Assembly: GCA_008632985.1 (NCBI GenBank)
Contig: QPGO01000082.1
Span: forward strand, 310,001 to 345,272
Direction of reading: 5' to 3'
Origin: Psammoneis japonica
Taxonomy: Eukaryota
DNA length: 35,272 nucleotides
Shown here: piece by piece, positions 11,201 through 19,563 of the stretch
Position numbering within the stretch: position 1 is the stretch's first letter
Layout: every line of letters begins with the position of its first letter
The notes under the pieces: generated by a model
Seen by the model: only the letters and a program-made list of their open reading frames with translations
Databases searched by the model: none
What the model was told of the DNA's origin: nothing
Made by a program: the position numbers and the translations under genes

Positions 11201-13541
11201 CGAGGACGCCTATTCGAAGGCATTTCGGTCATGTATCGCGAATGAAGGCCAACCAGAAAAGGGATGGGAGCGTCCAAAATGTCGAGCATAGAATACGGCA
11301 TTACTGGGATATAGATTCCTTGCCATTCAAATGGAAAGAGGAAACTGATAAGCGCCTCCGCAACAGGAACCAACATGGCATGCTGTTGACACACCAACGC
11401 CACCTGCAGCTCTTGCATGAGACAACCCATTACGACCATTATGTTCTCGACACTGAGCGCAGAAAATAGAGGAAGAAAGGAAAAGTCGGCGAGCGGAAGC
11501 TCGTTGACGGCTGGTCTCTTGATTGCCATAACCATGTCGTTCGTGACTCCGAAATTCACTTTGATCTGTCCCTGCGGAGGAAGCGGTACCTCTGAAACAA
11601 AATTAGAAATATATCTTTCAATCGGAAGTGGGGCCTCAACCAAGGATATCCGATACAGCTGCAACAAAAAGTTCCGCCAAAGGTTGAAAAACCCAAAATG
11701 AGAAATGACCACCAAGCACTTTGGTAAAAACACAATGTCCGATGAATTCTTCCAGGAAGGGAGAATTCCACTCAGCCCAGAATCTTTTGCCATTTCGACA
11801 AGTTTTTCGGTTTCCATCGACTCATCGTAGATGTGGAGCGCAGCACCATACAACCTAGTCCCGGTTGAGGAAGTCAAAACGAAATTGAATATGGTTGGCG
11901 CCATTCTTGTTTGCTTGGGACAGCACCCATCCGGGAAGACAAACTTGGATATGTGCTCAGGAAACTCCATGCCAATGTGTGAGTTGGGCGTTGGATAGCA
12001 GTCAATGACTGACGTATCCAGGGGTACCTTTTCTGGAGTCGTAAGCTTTGAGAGTGACGCTTCATCTCGGGAGCAAGCTGTTCACGGTGCCCAATGACGC
12101 AAAAGAAATCGACTAGTCTCGAGGGCAACTCCAAACCAGTCATGCTGTGTTGAGGCGCACTGCTCATGGTTGGATCGATGGAAAGTCGATGGAAGCTATG
12201 GAACTCTTCACTGTCGTCCCACTGGTCAACATCCTTGTTGTTTTCTAGAATACGCAGCCACGCTTGGTCCGCCAACGGTCCTCCAAGAGGAGTTACAAAC
12301 GCCATTGCCTCGTACTTTGCCCGACAGAATAATTCCCGCTCGGACATGGTGCTGTTGCTTTTTGGTCGACGCTGCTCCCACGACTCTGGTATGTACGCTT
12401 CGTAAACATTTCTCGCTCGAGCATTACCACCCGCACGCTGCATGTAATCCACCTGGTCCGTGGTCCACGACGTGGCTGCGCCTTGAACACGACGAATGGT
12501 TGCCACGTCGGAGCTCAAGGCCCGATTGTGAGCCACGCCACACGATGAACACAAAAAGACACCATGGCCACCCGTATACATGTAAACGGCAACGGCGGGA
12601 TCAATCGATGGACTTGATTTCGCAATGGGTGCAACTGCTGGCTTGGAAGGAGTTTCAGACGGAGGAGCAAAGTTTTCATGATGATCATGAAAACTGCCCA
12701 GAGGATCGTTCGACAATTCACGCTCGGGGGGCTTGGCTAGCGTAGTAGAGAAGGATGCATATACCTGCGACGAGTCGACCAGCGGTGACCTGCAATCTGC
12801 GCAGGAACGATTGGTCGAAATCGATAGCAGACGAGCCAGTACTTTTGTCACAGAGATGGAAGCTGACGCTAGCGGTGTGTTGGGCATTTTGGAAGCGTCA
12901 GACGGTGCTCGAGACTGCGAGTTTCTCGTCGGAGTTGTTGACGTATTTGAAGTTATGAGTGATTTTGTCATTGGAGATTTTATTGCTCCGTTTGTCGATG
13001 AATCAGGCCGTGCAGAAGCTCCTCTTACGGGATTGCCGCTTGCTTTCTCTTTATACCGAGTCACGGAATCATCATCACTATCGAAAGGATTTTGGGGGGA
13101 CCCTTCTTTGGAGGGAGTGCCTCTATTAGTTGGAGAGGAACTGTTGCTGGGCCCATTTGAGGTCTGTTGTGTCGTGGTGTTTTTCCTCACAGACGTCTGC
13201 TCCGAACGGTATGTTTCTTCGTCATCATCAAACGGATTCTTTGATCCGCCGTTTTCCCTACGCAAACCGCTTTGATTCTTACGACGTTCCCCTTTTTGAT
13301 TAAGGGTAGGAGATTTGTTTCCAGTTCGAGTATCCTCCTCCTCAAAAGGATTGGTGCTAATTTTTGACGTGAGTTCGGCGTCCACGGTATCCTTCGCATC
13401 GTCCTCAAACGGATTGGTAGATGACGTTCGGGCGCCAGGTAACTGGTCGTCATCAAAAGGATTCAATGATGGAGACCTAGGAGAGGACTTTGATTGCGAA
13501 ACGGGAGGCCCGTCATCCTCAAAGGGATTCGTTGACGCCAT
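8295..13541 (-). CDS. Large multidomain trafficking regulator: NPF repeats, ArfGAP-like Zn finger, uDENN/DENN/dDENN, IQ-motif array; introns at about 10246-10324, 9004-9072 and 8684-8765, plus frameshifts
   Basis: Six NPF+acidic motifs. ArfGAP-like 'NRSCADC...GVFLCSSC..H', 'GGNARARNVYE' and 'RELFCRAKY'. DENN motifs 'FVFPDGC', 'FNFVLT..G.RLYG', 'PKCLVVISH', 'LFPFEWQGIYIPVMP', 'APIPFLVG', 'VVFVDLD' and 'SQMFQRF'. Repeated IQxxxRGxxxR motifs. GT-AG introns join the ORF pieces in frame. Confidence 0.85.
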
Positions 13542-13816
13542 GGTCAATGCCGGATCCTGTTGCAGTTCTTTGTTTGTCCCTCGTACGTCGCTGATCTCAT
13601 GAAACCTTATATGCATGTCTGAATGCAGATTGATATTCTCTAATCATACAGCATTGAATAGGAATAATGAAAACTTCACATTTCTGTCTGTCTGACACCC
13701 GTGTTTGCACCCGAAACACACCAAACAGCCCGTGTTCCGTGCTTGATCGTGCTGTACCAGCTAGAGCTAGAACCGAAAGCTACAAGTACACGCGAACAGC
13801 ACTATGTTATCTTCTT

Positions 13817-14719
13817 CTAATCAAAGAAGCCACCAGTCCCAGCGGGATTGAAACCGCTGTCGTCATCGTCCCCTTTATCGCTTGCATAAAAGGAGGGACC
13901 ACGCCGATTCTGCCGTCGCAATTCAGCTTCTGCCTTTGATTCTAGTATATCCAGATGTTGCACCACGATTTTCGCCCTTTGTCTTGGTTCCCCAGTCTCC
14001 TTGTCCGTCCAATGGTCGTGTCTCATACTTCCAGTGACACCAATACGAGTCCCCTTTTCTACAAATTTGCTAGCGTATTCAGCGTTCTGACCCCTAATAA
14101 GATTTAGATAGACGAGAATACATGACGTACGACTTACCATGAGAATCACGCCCAACATAAGGCACATAATACCAACATGACAACGGAACAGCAGCGCTCT
14201 AGACTTACCAGATTTCCAGTGGAAACCAGTCTGTCTCTTCTTCTCCGGATCTAATACCGCGGGCTTTGCGTTCCAAGGGATGATATTTCCGCTTCACCGC
14301 CAGAGAAAGGTTGAGGACAACTTTTCCATCATCCAAATACCTCGGATCGGGATCGTTCCCCACTCGACCAGAAAGAGTAACCGTGTTGAGCTTTGGAACT
14401 CGCTCATCCCAATCCCCTGCTGCGGCTTCCAAATCCGCAGCCTCTCTTTTGGTATGCTCCTCACTTGTTCCCACTGGTCAGGCGGTGCCTTTTCAAAGCT
14501 TCTGGGTTTGTCGTCGTTATTTTCAGTTCCAGATATTTCATCGAAAAAGTCTCCGCCAGCAGTATCCATCAATTGAAAACTTGTGGTTCGAGAGGCAAGA
14601 GTGCGTTGGAACGCTCGGTATGTTTGGTGCGCCGGAAAAACAGAAAAAGCTGCCGCAATGTACGCGAAAGATAGGAGGTAAGAAAACCACACCATCAGCG
14701 TTGTGGCGTGAAGTATCAT
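13817..14719 (-). CDS. ssb: Bacterial-type single-stranded DNA-binding protein, probably plastid-targeted; intron 14094-14208, frameshift near 14475
   Basis: OB-fold SSB motifs 'LNTVTLSGRVGNDPDPRY', 'ETDWFPLEIW|GQNAE', 'KGTRIGVTG' and 'WTDKETGEPR', with an acidic tail ending 'GGFFD'. The N-terminal hydrophobic signal is followed by 'AAAF' (ASAFAP-like). Confidence 0.9.
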
Positions 14720-15108
14720 TGCCGACGCTTACGTGCTGGTGGACGCTTTGGGAAGACTGTGATTCGCAACAAGCGACGACCTGTGGCCGATGCGATGGCC
14801 GCGCCGCCGACGACCGCGGACCGCGGCGCGCGCATTTGTATTAGCTAGACCTCTAATGGCTTTTATCTGGACCTCAGACCTCGCGATTCACGATGCGGTG
14901 CCAAAAGAATCATCGTTAGGGTCTAGAGTCGAGACTGGTTCCTCCTCTAAACTTTTAGAATCGAACGTTTTACTATCTGTACAGCAGTTTTCTCTGCTGC
15001 TTCGCACAGCTGCATCCTACTTAGAAAATCACACAGCCAGAATTGAAAACTTTTATTCCTTCTGTTATCTCTATGTTCATATCTATTTCAAAATTGGTTT
15101 CAGTCTGC

Positions 15109-16722
15109 CTAGACTTCCGCTGTCTTCCTTGGTCTGGATGCCTTTCTACGGATTTCGCGCTTTTCGTTCACATTCCTGGTCCAATCAGCCGGAAGACCTC
15201 GCCTAGTTGCTCCCTGCATCAAGTCCTTGTAGTAAGCATTAGAGCACGCGGCTTCTCGCAATCTGCTCACCACCATGTCGCCCACCATGCCATCCTTGAC
15301 GCACTCGGAAAAGATTTTGCGAACCCACTTTTTGCGCATGGGGCGCCCGACCGGCAGAAGTTTAGCACAGGCCTTTAGCATGGTCCCGTATGTCACATGG
15401 TTGGGCGAACCAAATTCATCAGAGTTTCGTAGTTGTTGAAAGGTAGCAAGGGCGACTCCGAATGCTTTTTCCTTTTCTGACCTTGATCCTGACGCCATTG
15501 CGCAGCTTGCAATTACCGAAGTAAATCCATAAACGTCGGGTCTGCACCTCTTAGAGCCAGTGTCATTATAAAGTCTCATTTGACGGTCAAGAATGGCTCG
15601 GGTACGTCGGTAGCCCCCCTTGTCCTTGCTGCGTGAGGAACACGCCATGACAGTATTGTACAAGATGGTGTCGGGCTCGAGGTTTTCCGCGCCCACTCTG
15701 TAGGCATCTTCTACTCTCGTCAACATTTCTTCGGCTATTTGAGCACTGTCCGGTCTTCCTGACTTTGCCATGGCGTTGACAACAGTGCTGTAGCTGATAA
15801 TATCAGGCGTTGCTTCCTCGTGTCCTGCCTGACTAAGCAGAACCATGAATCCTAGAATGGCTGATGCTCGTGCTGCAGCCTTCTCGTGGGAAGACTTTGA
15901 CCACGCTGCCAAAACGGCGTTGAAGCTTGAGGTTCGTGGCTTGACATCCTCCAGACCGGTAGTCTCGTAGAGGCGTTCCATCATGCCAAGCAATTTTTCT
16001 GCGTTGCGTGGTGCCTCCTTGGAGTCGCTCTTTGCCCATAATTGAAGAACAATATCAAAAAGATCTGCGTCGGGAACTGCGAGATCGTTCTCGTGAGTCT
16101 TGTACAGTCGAATCATCCACTCAAGCACTCGTTGCGCTCGCGGAGCAGCATATGGCACTCCACTCCCTTTCCAGGCTAATAGAACATTTCTGAAACTATC
16201 ATAGTTGGGCTGCAGGTACATGTCACCATCAGCCTTGAAATGCTCTTCCATTTCCAAGAGGATCTGCTCGCATCTCTCGGCTGCGGCTCCACCCTCGCCG
16301 CTTCGTGCCCAGCCTTCTAGCATGCAGTTGTATGCTTCAGTAGTGGCGATAGCATCAGGGTTTCCAGCATGGCGTTCGTCAATGAGACGCTTGAGTAAGC
16401 GTTCGACGGCGAGCGCACATTCAATACTATGATCGTTTTTCCTGGATATCTTTGTATCGTCCAGTCGTTGTCTTGACTTGGCATTCTTGGATGACTTATT
16501 GCGGGTTTGCACATTTGCCCAAGCTGACATGAGCTGCGGAGTTGTCTTTAGCATTTCAGGAGTCAGATCGCCTGGCGGTGACTCACAAATATCGACTGTC
16601 ATTTTCTTTAGCCATGCGATGTGTGTTGCCTTTGGCAGACCTGATGTCACATATGCCGATACGTTTGAAAACCCCGACGACAAGAGCGCCGCGACTACTA
16701 GTGAGGAGGAAAGCTGCTTCAT
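15109..16722 (-). CDS. Pentatricopeptide-repeat (PPR) protein, probably organelle (plastid)-targeted
   Basis: Tandem ~35-aa repeats 'AYNCMLEGWARSG', 'SFNAVLAAWSKS', 'PDIISYSTVVNAMAKSG', 'PDTILYNTVM', 'PDVYGFTSVI' and 'PNHVTYGTMLKAC'. Signal peptide 'MKQLSSSLVVAALLSSGFSNVSAY' starts at ATG 16722. Confidence 0.9.
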   Translation of the reverse strand: MKQLSSSLVVAALLSSGFSNVSAYVTSGLPKATHIAWLKKMTVDICESPPGDLTPEMLKTTPQLMSAWANVQTRNKSSKNAKSRQRLDDTKISRKNDHSIECALAVERLLKRLIDERHAGNPDAIATTEAYNCMLEGWARSGEGGAAAERCEQILLEMEEHFKADGDMYLQPNYDSFRNVLLAWKGSGVPYAAPRAQRVLEWMIRLYKTHENDLAVPDADLFDIVLQLWAKSDSKEAPRNAEKLLGMMERLYETTGLEDVKPRTSSFNAVLAAWSKSSHEKAAARASAILGFMVLLSQAGHEEATPDIISYSTVVNAMAKSGRPDSAQIAEEMLTRVEDAYRVGAENLEPDTILYNTVMACSSRSKDKGGYRRTRAILDRQMRLYNDTGSKRCRPDVYGFTSVIASCAMASGSRSEKEKAFGVALATFQQLRNSDEFGSPNHVTYGTMLKACAKLLPVGRPMRKKWVRKIFSECVKDGMVGDMVVSRLREAACSNAYYKDLMQGATRRGLPADWTRNVNEKREIRRKASRPRKTAEV

Positions 16723-17265
16723 TATTCTGCGACGTTGCAATTCCAAATGTTTTCTGATTGCGAGATGAGAAAGATCACTGTGCTTCTTGCTCGTATTATT
16801 AATGAGAATTTCGTTCTTTGCCAGTTTCAGATGCTGAGCCAATGCCGAAAGTCGGTGAGTCAAGGATCGAAACAGCTGGAGTCTATTGGAGTCAGAAAAA
16901 GAGGGGAACAGAAAAAAAGTTGTCCATCCTTGTTCAAACCGATGACGTCGATATTGCGTCGACGAATGTCGGAAGGAGAAATGAGCCAATCAAAATGACT
17001 GATTTTTGCTTGTTTTGATGACGTGGTTCAAATAGAACTATATGTTTATGAATAGAATCATTAATAATCATCTGTCGCAGACATTTTTGATTTCTGGATT
17101 GAAAATTGTTCAAAATCCGCGATCCACCAATTTTTCACTTCAACAAAACGAAGAAACGGCTGATTCATCATCGTTACCAGATGCTGTCACCGTGCTGTCA
17201 GCACTCCTTTTGCCTCGACCAATCCCTACAATACTGCCGGCATCACATAATGTTCTGCAAAACTG

Positions 17266-18117
17266 ATGTGTTTTAAGGCTTTCACCTGGTGGGCAGCTGG
17301 ATTCCTCTCCTTGTGCTTTGATTTGAGCCTCGCATGGAACGTGCCGCCGCCCGATCGGTCAATTGCTACTGGTAGTTCTGAGATAGTAAGAACATTGGAC
17401 GATGGTCGTCGAAAAACAATTTTGTCAACATGCTTGTTGGCGGGAGTCGCTTTTCCATTAAAATCCTATGCAGCACCAGCGACCGCGGGAGAAGCTCTTC
17501 GTCGATCTGCCGCCAATATACCAGGGTACGGCCAAACCGATGTGTTTTTCCCTCCAAACATGCTAGGGAAATGGAAAGCCAGTCGAAGTATTGTGACATC
17601 GTCTGACCCCTCGTTGGAGTCCATCCTCCCTCTCACCGTGGAGTATGAAATGAGGTTCATTCCATCGGTTGATGACGGTGCTGTCGTATGTGATCGTGGA
17701 TACAACCAGGCTGCTCTCCAACAAGCGCTCTCTAACGCTGTTCAGGGCAAGGAGTCGGTTCGCTCATTCGAATGGACCGAGACGAATCCGAATGACTTGC
17801 GGCTTGTCCTCTCGAACGGGTCAAACATGAATATCAAAGTTACAAAGCGCGCTACCGAACGGACGGAGGACACAGTGTCGAGTTCCGAGTTTCGGCGTGT
17901 CACCAAAGAGGATGCGTCGGGGATACCGTCTGTCTCTGCTCAACGTGTATTGCAAAAGTGGAAGATTGTGAACGAACAGCAAGTTGAAGTCATCGAAATC
18001 GTCTATAATATCGGAGGTGGCTTAGCTGACCCAATGAAAATGACAGTTGGTGGAGGGGCGTCATCATCGCCAGAGATAATATGCAAATCGAGACTCAGCC
18101 TTACAAAATTGCAGTAG
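17266..18117 (+). CDS. Putative thylakoid-lumen protein, DUF6816-like (cyanobacterial/plastid family)
   Basis: Signal peptide ending 'SLA-W', then a twin-Arg plus hydrophobic segment 'GRRKTILSTCLLAGVAFPLKSYA-A'. The motifs 'DVFFP...GKWKA' and 'VCDRGYN' were recalled as DUF6816-like. Confidence 0.6.
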   Translation: MCFKAFTWWAAGFLSLCFDLSLAWNVPPPDRSIATGSSEIVRTLDDGRRKTILSTCLLAGVAFPLKSYAAPATAGEALRRSAANIPGYGQTDVFFPPNMLGKWKASRSIVTSSDPSLESILPLTVEYEMRFIPSVDDGAVVCDRGYNQAALQQALSNAVQGKESVRSFEWTETNPNDLRLVLSNGSNMNIKVTKRATERTEDTVSSSEFRRVTKEDASGIPSVSAQRVLQKWKIVNEQQVEVIEIVYNIGGGLADPMKMTVGGGASSSPEIICKSRLSLTKLQ

Positions 18118-18130
18118 CACATAGCATTTT

Positions 18131-19281
18131 CTATATTTCTGCTTTCTGAGCATAAAAGATTGATGATCTGTCTTCCAGTAAACTCAGCATTGATTCCTGA
18201 TACCAGGAACAAACCCAAATCGACTGAAGAATCTGTGATACGGCATGTTTTCTTCTCTTTCCGATCTGTACTGATTCAGTAGCTCTTCGCCAGCCTCGAG
18301 CCGACGTTTTGCCTTCACCTCTACAGTTCCGTCGCTCTTTCGCATGGCATGACTTACGTTGGGTTCATCACAGTGTTGCAGCATATCAAGCATCGGTACA
18401 AGTTTTTCATCGTCACCCTCATCCTGAAACGATCTGGTTAGAAGTGATACAAAGGCACCTTTGACCGCTTCTGGCAATCCTTCAACAGTCTCTGTAACTT
18501 GTGGAACTTTTGTTTCCCACGGCCAACTAAAGCCTTCCTCTTTCTCTTCCGTATCTTTCTCGCGAGCAGCAATAAGTGAAGGTCCGACAATACCATTGAG
18601 AACCTTGATGGCAAGATCAACCTGTCGAAAGAGGAAGGCAAGCAATAACGCGTCAATCGAAGTGAACACGCAAAAATCACTGTTCGGTTCAAATGGGGCT
18701 CCACCTTACCTCGTCGCGAAGATCTACAGACTCCCTATAACATAAACTCCCCTTCAAGTATTTTTCCACATCTTCGTCAGACCAAAAGAGAACGTGCTCC
18801 TGGTTGTTAATTCCTCGTTCCCATGGTAAAGTTGCAAAGTATGGTCCAAAACGACAACCCGAGTCATCGCCCTCCTGCAGAATCAATACTCTTTGGCCAT
18901 GTAACCCGCCATCACAACCGTGTTACCGCCAGGGCCTGCTCGCTTGATCAGATTGCCAAACGCATCTCCACATTTTGGGTCTTCCATTGCGTCCTTCAAT
19001 GTCAAACAAGCTTGACGTGGCACAGTAAAGAGCAATTCTCCTTCTTCAACTTGTTCGTTGACAAATGCGCCAAACCCTCCACCCAAAGGCGATGGCTTGA
19101 TTTCAATTTTGTTGCTAAGGTCTGATCCACTAGCTCGCAGCCATTCCAAAAGATCTTCGTATCGGTTTGCTGATGGAGATTCAACACTTGGTAGCGTCGC
19201 CGAGAAACCAAGCCCCGTTGGCAACACGGCAAGCATCACCAACACGACGATCGTCGTTGAGACCAGCTTTGAAAACTTCAT
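18131..19281 (-). CDS. SET-domain protein lysine methyltransferase (Rubisco LSMT/SETD3-like), probably plastid-targeted; intron 18622-18709, frameshifts near 18885 and 18198
   Basis: Motifs 'LLEWL..SG', 'GGFGAFV...VEEGELLFTVP', 'FGPYFATLP', 'LVPMLDMLQH', 'AGEELLNQY' and 'FGFVP'. Signal peptide ends 'GLG-F'. The frameshift-corrected C-terminus is ...FYAQKAEI* (stop 18131-18133); the uncorrected stop is at 18184. Confidence 0.85.
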
Positions 19282-19563
19282 CCGTTCGATATCTTCAATG
19301 CCACACACGAAAAATCACAAAGACTGGTCGCAAACCAACGAATGGCATCGTCTCGAGAGTTCAAGGTGGATTGGTTTACGTCGAAGCAAAGAAGTTTTGC
19401 GCTCCACGTGGCCGGCGCATGCGCATTGGCGGGAAGTTTTGCAGCGCAGGACCCCCTGACTCTAGCTCTAGAGTACGATGCAACAGACGCAAAATATATG
19501 GTAAAAGAATGAAGCAAGAAGTAAAATAGGCTAAGCACTCTCAACATCTCTCGCTAGGCCTAG

